From positions 3,200,001-3,264,000 of the forward strand of contig OZ245006.1 in NCBI GenBank assembly GCA_965223545.1: DNA of 64,000 nt, written 5' to 3'. The position numbers and the translations under genes are program-made. Shown piece by piece: positions 19,295 to 29,131 of this stretch (positions are counted from its first letter, which is position 1; each line of letters starts with the position of its first letter). The notes under the pieces were generated by a model. The model searched no databases and had not been told where the DNA came from. It was given only the letters and a program-made list of their open reading frames with translations. Source of the stretch: Planctomycetota bacterium. Its GTDB lineage: Bacteria > Planctomycetota > UBA1135 > UBA2386.

Positions 19295-20197
19295 CTGATC
19301 GCCATCCTGCCGTGGCATCACCGCTACCTCGCCGCTGCCGTCGGGACGCTGGTCGTCGCCAGTGCCTATTGGACCCACCAGCTCGGCCTGACTCTCCTCC
19401 CGGGCTGGGTCGCGCTCAGCGTGTGGGCCGGGCATCGTCAGGGTGCGCCAACCACTCTTGGCACGGTCTTGCTGCTGCTCGCCGCCTACACCGCCGCCGT
19501 CACGCTCGCATTCGCTGCTCCCGCCTGGCGGCACGGCCTCGACGTCACTCCCTCGCTGGCAGCGGCCAGCGGGCATCTCCGACTTCTCGCCGCCGGCGAC
19601 CAGTCGTGGCTCGACGTGCTGTGGCACGGGTGGCTATGGCCGAACGCCGGCATCGTCGGGCTGGCACTCGCCTGCGCATTCCGGTCCGCGGCAGGCGCGC
19701 CAGCCGCGGTCTTCGTGCTGCCGTTGGTGGCCACCGGCATCGTCAGCGGCGCCCTCGAACACGGCGGCTACTCGGTGGGAGCTCTGCCGATGCTGGGCTT
19801 GATGGTGGCACACGGCCGTTGGCGCACCGCGGTCTGGGGGACGTCGGTCGGCTGCGCCCTGGTCGCGCAAGGGTGGCTGGCGCACGGCCACCTCGAACGC
19901 TGGAACGCCCCGGCGAGCGCAACCGAGGCGCAGCAGCGCGTCCCCCGGCTGATCGCCGCCGTCGAGGGAGACGAACCTCCGCAGCGGATGGTTTCGACGA
20001 TCTGTGCGCACATCGATCTCATCCTCGAGCGAGGCGGTCGGGTCGGCTGGGACCTCGGCTTCGCGCGGCACCTCGAACACTTCCCGCGCGCCACGCCGTA
20101 TGCCACCGCGCTGAGTGCCGCGATAGAGAGTCGTTACCGCACCGAGCACCACGCGCACGACACGTGGCCGCTGCTACTCGTCTCCGCGCTGCGGTGA
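19295..20197 (+). CDS. Hypothetical multi-pass membrane protein (start uncertain, possibly a fragment)
   Basis: Hydrophobic segments in the 18971..20197 frame downstream of the divergent SGNH gene; no clear in-frame ATG. Confidence 0.4.
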   Translation: MIAILPWHHRYLAAAVGTLVVASAYWTHQLGLTLLPGWVALSVWAGHRQGAPTTLGTVLLLLAAYTAAVTLAFAAPAWRHGLDVTPSLAAASGHLRLLAAGDQSWLDVLWHGWLWPNAGIVGLALACAFRSAAGAPAAVFVLPLVATGIVSGALEHGGYSVGALPMLGLMVAHGRWRTAVWGTSVGCALVAQGWLAHGHLERWNAPASATEAQQRVPRLIAAVEGDEPPQRMVSTICAHIDLILERGGRVGWDLGFARHLEHFPRATPYATALSAAIESRYRTEHHAHDTWPLLLVSALR

Positions 20198-21103
20198 GAC
20201 ATCCGGCGACGGTGCCTGCCAGAAGTCGAAGAAGTTGAACCAGTTGTCCGGCGCCGAACGGGCGTAGACCTGCAAGCGGTCGGCGTAGCGCTGCACGACC
20301 TCGGCCAAGCACTCTTCGCGCCGCGCGCGCGGCAGCTCGATCACGTCGGCGAACGGCTCGCAGTGCAGGTCGTACCGATTGGGCTCGCGATACAGCCCGA
20401 AGACCAGGTAGACCGGGCAGCGCAACAGCGATGCCAACAGGAACGGGCCGGCGGGAAAGCTGGCCTCGTCACCGAAGAACCGGGCGCGGACGGTGCGCTC
20501 GTTCAAGCCGACGCGATCGCCCAAGATGGCCACCAGGTCACCGGCATCGACGCGCTCCTTCACCTTGACCATCGAACCGACGAGGTCGTCGCCGAGGTGG
20601 ATGACGCGCGCGGCCTGCTCGGGATTCAGCGCCTCGAGCAGGCTGTTGATCATCTTCGCGTTCTTGAAGTAGCCGAGGATGTGGATCGGCACGCGGTCGG
20701 CATCGCCGCCCGCCCGCATCGCCTCGAAGCTGCCGAGGTGGGCGCCGAGCAACACCGCGCCCCGGCCGGCGTCGGTCTGCCGCCGCAGGTGTTCGTCCCC
20801 GGTCCGCGTGAAGCGCAGGGCGCCGACCCGGCCGCTAGCGAGGAACACCCGGTCCATGGTGGCCTGGGCGAACGTCCTGATATGACGGTACACCTGCCAA
20901 AACCCGGGCGGCGCCCCGTGCACCCGTTCGAGCCACGCCTTCGAGCTCGCGACCGCGCGTCGATCGAACAGCCTGTAGTAGAGCGCGACGCCCCACACCA
21001 CGAGTCGCATGGCGCGACGACCGAGCAAGGTCGCGAGCCGATAGGTCACGCGGATCAAGAGCAAGGTCCCGCGCTCGCCCTGGCTCAACCAGGTGTCGCT
21101 CAC
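20174..21103 (-). CDS. LpxL-like (LPLAT) acyltransferase of APE clusters
   Basis: WLSQGERG, LLGAHLGSFEAMR, ILGDRV, FFGDEASFPAGPF, PDNWFNFFDFW. Confidence 0.9.
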   Translation of the reverse strand: MSDTWLSQGERGTLLLIRVTYRLATLLGRRAMRLVVWGVALYYRLFDRRAVASSKAWLERVHGAPPGFWQVYRHIRTFAQATMDRVFLASGRVGALRFTRTGDEHLRRQTDAGRGAVLLGAHLGSFEAMRAGGDADRVPIHILGYFKNAKMINSLLEALNPEQAARVIHLGDDLVGSMVKVKERVDAGDLVAILGDRVGLNERTVRARFFGDEASFPAGPFLLASLLRCPVYLVFGLYREPNRYDLHCEPFADVIELPRARREECLAEVVQRYADRLQVYARSAPDNWFNFFDFWQAPSPDVSPQRGDE

Positions 21104-21861
21104 CCGGCGTCCGCGGTCCGGCGCCGCCCGGTGACCGAGTCCCAGAGCCAACCCACCGAGCCCGCCGTGCAGAGCCGAGCATGCAGCCAGGCGAACGCGA
21201 GGTTGTCGCGCAGCGGCCGAAAGTGGGACACGCCGCCCGCCTCCGGGGTCAAGTAGCGCACCGCCACCGGCAAGTTGACCACCGGAGTGCCACAGCGGAC
21301 GAGCCGGACGATCACCTCGACGTCGAAGCCCATCCGGTCCCCCGTGCGCCCCAGCCGTTCGACGGCGGCCAACGGATAGACGCGAAAGCCGATCATCGCA
21401 TCCGCCACCGTCACCTGCCGGCCGACCTCGAGGGCGACCCACATCGTCGTGAACCGCCGCCCCACGGCACGGACGCGCGGCACGGTCTCATCGTACTGAG
21501 GGTAGCCCAGCACCAGCGCTTCCGGTGCCGCGCGCGCCGCCGCGACGAACTCCGGCACGCGGCCGAGATCGTGCTGTCCATCGGCATCGACCTGCAGCGC
21601 GTGGCTGAACCCGAGCTCGCGCGCCACCGCAAACCCAGTCTTCACCGCGGCTCCCTTGCCGCGGTTGCGGTCGTGGCGGCGCACCGTCGCCGCCCCCGAG
21701 GCGCCGAGCGCGGCACACGCCGCTCGCCCCTCGGCGGCACTACCGTCGTCGATCAGGACGACGGCGAGGCCGTGGGCACCGAGGGTTTCGACGACCGCGG
21801 CGACCGTGCGAGGGTTGTCGTAGGTCGGCACCACCGCGCACACTTCGACCACCGAGCTCAT
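21100..21861 (-). CDS. Glycosyltransferase family 2
   Basis: VVPTYDN, IDDGS, NRGKGAAV, QVDADGQH, GFRVYPL, SHFRPLRDN. Confidence 0.92.
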   Translation of the reverse strand: MSSVVEVCAVVPTYDNPRTVAAVVETLGAHGLAVVLIDDGSAAEGRAACAALGASGAATVRRHDRNRGKGAAVKTGFAVARELGFSHALQVDADGQHDLGRVPEFVAAARAAPEALVLGYPQYDETVPRVRAVGRRFTTMWVALEVGRQVTVADAMIGFRVYPLAAVERLGRTGDRMGFDVEVIVRLVRCGTPVVNLPVAVRYLTPEAGGVSHFRPLRDNLAFAWLHARLCTAGSVGWLWDSVTGRRRTADAG

Positions 21862-23258
21862 CCCGGGTGCACCTCGTCGACGGTGGCCGGCGCGGTGTCG
21901 ACGCTGGCAAACTCGAGCCGCCCGAAGCTGCAGCGCGTCGCAGCACGGCGGACGCAGAACTCGACGCGGCCGGAGCCGGGCGGCGCGAGGACCGCGACCG
22001 TCAGCGTGTCCCCGGGTGCAATGCGCGCCGCGAACTTCAGCCCGTTGAGTCGACGCAAGTCGCCGAGCGCCGGGTTGGCCCGCCGCACACACGGCAAGAC
22101 GAGCTCGTGGAGCTGCACGGCGCCGGCGAGAACGGGATAACCACTGAAGTGGCCGGCGAAGAACGCGTAGCGGGGCGGAACATGCACGCGGTAGCACTGC
22201 CAGCCCGCTCCGAGGGCCGACGCATCGGCCGGCGCCGGCTCGAAACGCAGCGCGCACGTCAAGCGCACTCCGGTCCGGTCGCGGTGGCAAGCCGCCAGAA
22301 CCGCGTTGCGCTGCGGACGCCCGTTGGCGTCCCGTGCGATCTCGGCAACCTCGTGCACGGCAACCGCGCCGGCTTTTTGCATCGCGGCCAGCCGGGCGCG
22401 GACCGCGTCACCTTTGGCGCCAGCCGACTCCGAATCGCCAACGACGGCGACGGCGTGGCCGGCGTCGGCCTCCGCGCTGAGACGCAGCGCCACCGCGTCG
22501 GCGATCCCATCGACTTCGAGCGCCGCGCCGGCGAGGGCGTCGGCCACCGGCTCGCGGTGCGCCGGCGGCACCAACTCCGCGAGCGACGAGACCGACCGCA
22601 CGCCGACTGCTCCGGCACGGGGATCGCCCGTCACGGCGCCCGTCACGCGGCCGGCTTCGCGCAGCGGGATCAACAGCGCCGCGACCAGCGCCGGCGGGTA
22701 CATCGGACACAACGCGCGCGCTGCCGCCCGCGACTCCGCCGTCGCGCCCGCGCGCACGTCCTCGATGCACCGGCGGGTCGCGGCGACGCTGTACGCGTCG
22801 GATCGCAGGGCGCCTTGCCAGTCGAGGGCGAACCCCGTCCACGCGACCTCGTCGCCGGCACCCGGCGCAGCGGCCGCCACGGCCGAGAATCGCGATCCGT
22901 CTCGCAGCAGCCCGGGGACGTAGTGCCCGCGGCCGGCACCGGTGTCGTGCAAGAACTCGACGACCTCCTCGCGCGCCAACACCGGAGCCACGACGACGCG
23001 ACTGGCCGTCTCCGGCAGCGCGGCGGCGTGACCCGCCAACCACGTGCCCAGCAGCGCGACGGCGAACGCGTGTCGATCGCGCTCGAAGGCGAACGCGACG
23101 TGAGATCCCGGCCGCGGGGCCGGCAGCACCGCGGCCACTGCCGCCGCCTGCGCCAAGAGCTCGGTGACGGTCACCGTGCCGCCGGCGCTGCCCTCCAAGA
23201 CCGCGTCGCCACTTGCCCGCAAGAGCCAGAACGGCAAGCCCCGCAACCCCTCGGTCAC
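21858..23258 (-). CDS. Degenerate acyl-AMP-ligase-like region fused to a C-terminal hotdog dehydratase
   Basis: N-terminus DRHAFAVALLGTWLAG, IARDANGR, C-terminal FFAGHFSGYPVLAGAVQL..LKFAARIAPGD; no TSGSTG P-loop. Confidence 0.65.
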   Translation of the reverse strand: MTEGLRGLPFWLLRASGDAVLEGSAGGTVTVTELLAQAAAVAAVLPAPRPGSHVAFAFERDRHAFAVALLGTWLAGHAAALPETASRVVVAPVLAREEVVEFLHDTGAGRGHYVPGLLRDGSRFSAVAAAAPGAGDEVAWTGFALDWQGALRSDAYSVAATRRCIEDVRAGATAESRAAARALCPMYPPALVAALLIPLREAGRVTGAVTGDPRAGAVGVRSVSSLAELVPPAHREPVADALAGAALEVDGIADAVALRLSAEADAGHAVAVVGDSESAGAKGDAVRARLAAMQKAGAVAVHEVAEIARDANGRPQRNAVLAACHRDRTGVRLTCALRFEPAPADASALGAGWQCYRVHVPPRYAFFAGHFSGYPVLAGAVQLHELVLPCVRRANPALGDLRRLNGLKFAARIAPGDTLTVAVLAPPGSGRVEFCVRRAATRCSFGRLEFASVDTAPATVDEVHPG

Positions 23259-23866
23259 GACTCGCGGACCTTTGGCCGGGCGACCGGCCGCGGAAACCGC
23301 TGGCGGCGCAACCACCACTCGAGCAGCAGCAGGCCGCCGATCAGGCCGTAAGCCAGCATGCCGTTGTACAGCGCCCACCAAGACACCGGCGCCCAAGCAC
23401 CGAGCGCCAACGCGATCGCGCCGTTGACCACGAAGAAGCCGCACCAGATCCGCGTCCATCCGCGACACCACGCGCGCTGCTCGAGACTCAACGACGGCTC
23501 CTGCAACCTCGCGAAGCGCTCGATCATCGGCACCGAGCCAGCGCGCAACGTCGCGCCGAACGACAGCAACAGAACGGCGTTGACGGCGACAGGGACGGCG
23601 AGCATGAAGCCCATCCGGTCGAGCGCGGCGGCGGACGCCAGCGCGGCAATCGTGACCAGAGGGACGAGGGCGATTCCGCCCACCGGGCTTCGGGCCGCGC
23701 GCCCCCGCAGCAGTGCCGCCGGCACCAGCAGACCGAGCAGCACCAAGGCCGTCCACCGCGGGCCGCGCGCGGTCAGCCCCCACCAGACGAGAACCGGATA
23801 GGCGACCAATACGCAGCCGGCCGCGACTCGAATCAGGCGCGACGCTGGCGTTGGCGTCGACCCCAC
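23255..23866 (-). CDS. COG4648-like membrane protein of APE clusters
   Basis: YPVLVWWG, PVAVNAVLLLSFGATL, MIERFARL, WCGFFVVNG, WALYNG. Confidence 0.85.
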   Translation of the reverse strand: MGSTPTPASRLIRVAAGCVLVAYPVLVWWGLTARGPRWTALVLLGLLVPAALLRGRAARSPVGGIALVPLVTIAALASAAALDRMGFMLAVPVAVNAVLLLSFGATLRAGSVPMIERFARLQEPSLSLEQRAWCRGWTRIWCGFFVVNGAIALALGAWAPVSWWALYNGMLAYGLIGGLLLLEWWLRRQRFPRPVARPKVRES

Positions 23867-23875
23867 GTCACGACC

Positions 23876-24190
23876 TCACGACAGCTCCGACGCCGACGCA
23901 CCAGAAGCCGGTGAGCCGGCGGGATCGGCCGCCGCCTGCCGGCTGCGGATGAACTCGGCGAGCGACTTCACCGAGTAGTAGTAGTCGCGGTTGCGCTCGT
24001 CGTTCTCCTCGGTCTTGACCCCGAACTCGGTATGGAACGCGAGGGCCAGCTCGAGGGCGTCGATCGAATCCAGCCCGAGCCCCTCCCCGAACAGCGGCGC
24101 GTCGGTCTCGATGCTCGCCGGCTCGACGTCTTCGAGGCCGAGCGTATCGACGATGATGTGCTTGATGCGGTCTTCGAGCTGGTCTGACAT
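23876..24190 (-). CDS. Acyl carrier protein
   Basis: Small acidic protein; PLFGEGLGLDSIDALEL phosphopantetheine Ser motif. Confidence 0.93.
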   Translation of the reverse strand: MSDQLEDRIKHIIVDTLGLEDVEPASIETDAPLFGEGLGLDSIDALELALAFHTEFGVKTEENDERNRDYYYSVKSLAEFIRSRQAAADPAGSPASGASASELS

Positions 24191-24231
24191 GGGCTGATCT
24201 CGTTCGTTGGGTGTTCTCGGTTGGATCCTGA

Positions 24232-25035
24232 TCAGGCGGCAGTCGACGCACCTCTCTGCCAGTCCACGTATCGGGCGGCGACCCGGTCCCGCAAGCCGCG
24301 GCTACCGTCTTCGAACGACGCCGGCGGATCAACCGCCAGCAGGGCCAGCCGCAATCTCGGCGTCGCGCGGGGCGGTCGGAACAACGGCACGTCCTTCGAC
24401 AAGTAGACCGGATCACAGCGCACGGTCAACGAGACCACGGGGACCCGCGCCTGGCAGGCGATCTCGAACGGCGTCCGCGCGAAGCCGTGCAGCCCGCCCG
24501 CCGGCGAACGCGTCCCCTCCGGAAAGACGATCACCGAGAAGCCGGATCGCAACCGCTCGACCGCGGCCTGCACCACGCGCTGGATCGCCACGACGTCGGT
24601 TCCCGGTCCCTCCACGTGTCCGGCACCGACCAACAAGCGGTGCATCAGCCAGCGGCGATAGACCGCCGGCTTGACGATCGTGCAGCCACCGCCCAGCGTG
24701 GCGGTGATCGCCGTGATGTCCATCAGGGTCGGGTGGTTGGCGACGACGACGCACGGTCCTTCCGGCATGCCGGCGAGGCCGCGGCGATGGTCGAAGTCGG
24801 CGATCCGCAACACGCGGAGCCAATCGTGCATCAGCCGATAGGCGACCACCGTGACGCGCTGCAGCCGGCGTGCCCGACGGTTTGGATCTGCGCGCCACAG
24901 CGCGCACAGCACGGCGAAGCCGGCCCAGCCGAACGGAGCGATCACCGCGTAGACTCCGACGGTCAGCACTACGGCCAGCTTGCGCACCGGATACGCCCAC
25001 GCATCCCGAGTCTGGAGTTGGGCGGCGTTCGGCAT
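24232..25035 (-). CDS. PlsC-like acyltransferase
   Basis: ANHPTLMD (HX4D) and FPEGTRS. Confidence 0.9.
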   Translation of the reverse strand: MPNAAQLQTRDAWAYPVRKLAVVLTVGVYAVIAPFGWAGFAVLCALWRADPNRRARRLQRVTVVAYRLMHDWLRVLRIADFDHRRGLAGMPEGPCVVVANHPTLMDITAITATLGGGCTIVKPAVYRRWLMHRLLVGAGHVEGPGTDVVAIQRVVQAAVERLRSGFSVIVFPEGTRSPAGGLHGFARTPFEIACQARVPVVSLTVRCDPVYLSKDVPLFRPPRATPRLRLALLAVDPPASFEDGSRGLRDRVAARYVDWQRGASTAA

Positions 25036-25088
25036 GGCAGTAGGATGCGGCCCCGCGCGGGCGACCGCATCGACTCTATCCCACGCCG

Positions 25089-26855
25089 ATGACCGAGCCG
25101 AACAAGATTCGCGAAGTTCAAGACCCCTGGGACGTGGTGATTTGCGGCGGCGGCCTCGCCGGTCTGCTGCTCGCGCGACAGCTCCACCGCGAGCTCCCCG
25201 GCCTGTCGATCACCGTCCTCGAGCGCACCGCCCGCCCGCTGCCCGACGCTTGCCACAAGGTCGGAGAGTCCTCGGTGGAGCTGGCTTCGCAGTACCTCGA
25301 GAGCTTGGGGTTGGAGAGCTATCTCCTCGATCGACATCTGATCAAGCTGGGTCTGCGGTTCTTCCCGGGCGGCGGCGAGCTGCCGTTGGCCGAACGCACC
25401 GAGATCGGACCGTGCGCAGAGCCCATCGTGCGTTCCTACCAGCTGGATCGCGGCCGCTTGGAGAGCGACCTCCGCGACATGCTGGAGGCCGACGGACACA
25501 CGCTGATCGAGGCGGCTCGGGTGCGGGCGATCGACCTTGGCCACGGCGGCGACGCGCACCGGATCGAGTACGAGCTGGACGGCGAGCCGCGCCAACTGCG
25601 CGCGCACTGGGTCGTCGATGCCACCGGGCGCACGGCGCTGTTGCGGCGCAAGCTCAAGCTGACGCGAGGCTCGCGCCACGCGGCGTCCGCCGGTTGGTAC
25701 CGCGTCAAGGGGCGCGTCGACCTCAACGACATGGTGCCGGCCAGCGCCACCACCTGGCACCAGCGTCCGTGCGCCGAGGAGCGGTGGCGCTCGACCAATC
25801 ACTTCATGGGGCCGGGCTACTGGGCGTGGCTGATCCCGCTGAGCACGGGCTACACGAGCGTCGGCCTCGTCATCCACGACGAGGTGCACGACAAGCGCTG
25901 CATCGCCGGGGTCGAGCGCATGCAGGAGTTCTTCGCGCACCACGAGCCGCACCTGGCGCGCCTGCTCGAGCAACACGCGGCGGCCGATTTCCTCTGCCTG
26001 CACAACTACAGCCACAACGTCGCGCGCGGCTGGTCGGCAGAGCGCTGGGCGGTGGTCGGCGAAGCCGGCGCCTTCGTCGATCCGCTCTACAGCCCGGGCA
26101 GCGACTTCATCGCGCTCGCCAACTGCTTCACGGTGGAAATGATCCGCCAGGAGCGCCAGGGCGGTGATCTCGAGTCGAAGGCCAACCAGCTGAACTCGCT
26201 GTACCGCGCGCTGGTGAGCGGCGCCATCGACTTGTTCCGCAGCGCGGCGCCGGTCTACGGCCATCCCAGCGCGATGGGCACCAAGGTGTACTGGGACAAC
26301 TTCTCCTATTGGTCGCTGACCTGCCATCACTACAAGCAGCACCTGTACCGACTCACGCCGGAGCAGTACGAGCCCTTCAGCCAGATCGGACGGCGCTTCG
26401 TCGCGCTCGGCGCCAACATGCAGCAGCTGCTGCGCGAGTGGGCCACGGTCGCTCCCGAGCAACAGAAACCGATCTTCATCGGCGCGCCGCAGTTTCCCTC
26501 CGTCCTCATCGACGCCCACGTCAAGGTCGCGGAGGAGATGACCACCGAGGAGACTCTCTCCTACATGCGCGAACGGCTGGCGCAGGCCGAGGAGATCGCC
26601 GTGGAGATCGTGCTCCGCGTCGTGCAGCAGCTCGGCCCGGAACAAGCGCGCGGACTGCTCGACAAGATCCAGTTCTCGGGCTGGGACCTACCGATTCCGC
26701 CGGAACGCCTCGACATCGAGGCGCTCGTCGGCCGTGCGCGCCGCGCGCGGCTTTCGCCGATCGCGCGCGACGTCGAGCACACCCTGGGTCGCATCAACCG
26801 TCACGAGCACGCCGATCAGAGCCGCGACCTGCTGGCGCAGGGGGCGGCATCGTGA
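25089..26855 (+). CDS. Flavin-dependent halogenase-like protein (long form)
   Basis: GGGLAG, HKVGES, IKLGLRF (candidate catalytic Lys), YQLDR, WAWLIP (WxWxIP), FVDPLYSPG. Confidence 0.82.
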   Translation: MTEPNKIREVQDPWDVVICGGGLAGLLLARQLHRELPGLSITVLERTARPLPDACHKVGESSVELASQYLESLGLESYLLDRHLIKLGLRFFPGGGELPLAERTEIGPCAEPIVRSYQLDRGRLESDLRDMLEADGHTLIEAARVRAIDLGHGGDAHRIEYELDGEPRQLRAHWVVDATGRTALLRRKLKLTRGSRHAASAGWYRVKGRVDLNDMVPASATTWHQRPCAEERWRSTNHFMGPGYWAWLIPLSTGYTSVGLVIHDEVHDKRCIAGVERMQEFFAHHEPHLARLLEQHAAADFLCLHNYSHNVARGWSAERWAVVGEAGAFVDPLYSPGSDFIALANCFTVEMIRQERQGGDLESKANQLNSLYRALVSGAIDLFRSAAPVYGHPSAMGTKVYWDNFSYWSLTCHHYKQHLYRLTPEQYEPFSQIGRRFVALGANMQQLLREWATVAPEQQKPIFIGAPQFPSVLIDAHVKVAEEMTTEETLSYMRERLAQAEEIAVEIVLRVVQQLGPEQARGLLDKIQFSGWDLPIPPERLDIEALVGRARRARLSPIARDVEHTLGRINRHEHADQSRDLLAQGAAS

Positions 26856-26897
26856 CCGTCGCGCAATAGGCGCGTTCGCCACCCGCCGCTGCCCGCG

Positions 26898-27911
26898 ATG
26901 AGGCCAGCCGACACCGACGCGCTGCTCGATGTGCTCGCCGGCAAGCACCGCGCGCAAGCGGTCTCGACGGTCGCGGCGCTCGGGGTCGCCGATCGGTTGA
27001 TGGACGGTCCGCGCTCGCTGCAGGACCTGGCGCGTGAGCTCGACTGCGACGCGCGCGCGCTGCAGTCTGTGATGCGCGTGGCCGCCAGCCTGGGCTTCTT
27101 CTCGGCGGCGATGCCGGGGGTCTACGCGCTGACCGAACGAGGCAGGGCGCTGTGCGCCGACGCTCTCGGCCCACTGGCGGCGTTCGCCGGCAGCCCGCCG
27201 CAGTGGGATCCGTGGTCGCGCCTGCGCGACTGCCTGCGCACAGACCGCAGTCGCCCACCGTTCGAACAGACCTTCGACCGCGACCTGTATCGCTATCTGA
27301 GCGAGCACCCGGAGGCGGCGGCGAGCTACGACCTGGCGATCGAAGCCTTCACCCGACACGAGGCACGGCTGCTGCTGCAAGCCTACGATTTTGCCACCGC
27401 AACGACGGTCGCCGATGTCGGTGGCGGCCGTGGCGTACTGTTGCAGACTCTGCTCGAGCACCACGCGCAGCTGCACGGTGTGCTGATCGATCTGCCGCAC
27501 GTCGTGGACGCCGCTCGCGCGGTGTGGCCGGAGTCGACGGCCGCCCGCGTCGAGCTGGTCGCCGCGGACTTCACCGCGACGCCGCCGCCGGGTGCCGACG
27601 TCTACGTGCTCAAGCACGTGCTGCACAACTGGGACGACACCCGCGCCGGGGCGCTGTTGGCGCGCTGCAAAAGAGCACTTCACTCCGGCGGTCGCGTGCT
27701 GGTGATCGAGACGATTCTGACCCCGGGCGCGCACGCCGATCTGGCCTGCCTGCTCGATCTGGAGATGCACGTGCTGACGCGGGGCCGCGAGCGGCAGAAG
27801 CCGGAGCTGCGACGCCTGCTCGGCGCCGCCGGCCTGCGGCTCGAACGCGCGGTTCGGCTGTCTGCCGCCAGCCACCTGCTGGTCGCCGCGGTCGCCGACA
27901 GCGGCACTTGA
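26898..27911 (+). CDS. SAM-dependent O-methyltransferase (family 2, with dimerisation domain)
   Basis: LGVADRL, ADVGGGRG, DLPHVV, ADF, KHVLHNWDD. Confidence 0.9.
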   Translation: MRPADTDALLDVLAGKHRAQAVSTVAALGVADRLMDGPRSLQDLARELDCDARALQSVMRVAASLGFFSAAMPGVYALTERGRALCADALGPLAAFAGSPPQWDPWSRLRDCLRTDRSRPPFEQTFDRDLYRYLSEHPEAAASYDLAIEAFTRHEARLLLQAYDFATATTVADVGGGRGVLLQTLLEHHAQLHGVLIDLPHVVDAARAVWPESTAARVELVAADFTATPPPGADVYVLKHVLHNWDDTRAGALLARCKRALHSGGRVLVIETILTPGAHADLACLLDLEMHVLTRGRERQKPELRRLLGAAGLRLERAVRLSAASHLLVAAVADSGT

Positions 27912-27914
27912 CGA

Positions 27915-28358
27915 TCACTCCGGCGGGCGGTCGGCGTGCACCAACGTCATCAGCGCACTGGCAACGACTGCGCCGCGCGCATCGCGGGCCTCGGTGCGGA
28001 ACTGGCTGACGTCGTCGTTGCCCGAGACCCGCTCGGCGAGCAGGGTCAGTCGTTCGCCGACGCGCAGCCGCGGGCGGCCCAGCTCGAGCCGGCGACACGC
28101 GACGACCATGCCAACCCGAACGCCACCGCCACCCGAGAACGCCTCTTGGCCGAGACAAGCCGCCACGCCCTGCGCCATGTACTCGAGCCCGATCACGGTG
28201 TCGACGGTACCATCGACGCTGAGCCAGGGATCGTCCGGCACCGTCATCTCGCACCGCGCCTGCCCACTCTGCCACTCGACGAGCGCGCCGACTGCCAGCA
28301 TGGGTGGCTCGTGCGGCACCAGCTCTAGGATGTCCGGATAGCGCACCATCGCGTTCAC
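27915..28358 (-). CDS. ApeP-like hotdog dehydratase
   Basis: LVPHEPPML, GLEYMAQGVAA. Confidence 0.87.
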   Translation of the reverse strand: MNAMVRYPDILELVPHEPPMLAVGALVEWQSGQARCEMTVPDDPWLSVDGTVDTVIGLEYMAQGVAACLGQEAFSGGGGVRVGMVVACRRLELGRPRLRVGERLTLLAERVSGNDDVSQFRTEARDARGAVVASALMTLVHADRPPE

Positions 28359-29131
28359 TGATCGAAGCCGAGGTGCGCGACGTAACCGCGCCCACCGCCG
28401 CGGTCCAGGGCCACGCGACCCGGCCGTTCGCGCAGGACTGCGTCGACGAGATCGAGCAAACCGACCTGTGGGTTGTGCCGCAGCGCGTCCCCGACGCTTG
28501 CCGGCGCCAAGTCAGCGGGCGGGCCACTCTCCACCGCGACGCGCGCGCAGCGAGCGTCGTCGCCGAGCGGTGCGAGCACCACGGCAGCCGCCAGCAAACA
28601 CCAACGCGGGTTGTCGCCCACCAGACTCTCCGGCACGGCCTCGTCGGCGCACACCACCACGACCGGCCCCCCGCGCGTGGCCACCAGCCCGATCGCCTCG
28701 AGCAGGGCCGCGGCGGGCGTGTCGTCATCGGCGGCGAGCGAGGTGGTGAACCCGCGGTTGCCGTGAGAGATCGAGAGCAGCCCCGAAGCGGCGTTGTGCA
28801 CGCTCGTGGTGAAGGCCGCCGGCGACATCGGCTCTTTGGTCCGCCACAGCTGGTCGAGGAGCCCGATCATCGTCACCGCCTCGCCCACCGACGAGCCGAC
28901 CACGATCGGCACCACGGCGGGATCGACCTGCGCCTCCGTCATCGCCTCGCTGGCGGCATCGGCGATGGCCCGACCGAGAGCGCCCGCGCGTCGCCGATTG
29001 GCCCGGCCGAATGCCGCCCCGACCGGCGCGGGCTGCGCGGCATCGGCGACGCCGCCGGCCCAGGCGGACATCGACGGGAAGCCCGGCGCCCAGAGGCCGA
29101 GGCCCTTGATCGACACCCAGGGACCGGTCAT
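28355..29131 (-). CDS. Beta-ketoacyl synthase chain length factor
   Basis: RRRAGALGR, GSSVGE, MSPAAFTTSVHNAASG; no catalytic Cys motif; coupled to the KS. Confidence 0.87.
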   Translation of the reverse strand: MTGPWVSIKGLGLWAPGFPSMSAWAGGVADAAQPAPVGAAFGRANRRRAGALGRAIADAASEAMTEAQVDPAVVPIVVGSSVGEAVTMIGLLDQLWRTKEPMSPAAFTTSVHNAASGLLSISHGNRGFTTSLAADDDTPAAALLEAIGLVATRGGPVVVVCADEAVPESLVGDNPRWCLLAAAVVLAPLGDDARCARVAVESGPPADLAPASVGDALRHNPQVGLLDLVDAVLRERPGRVALDRGGGRGYVAHLGFDQ

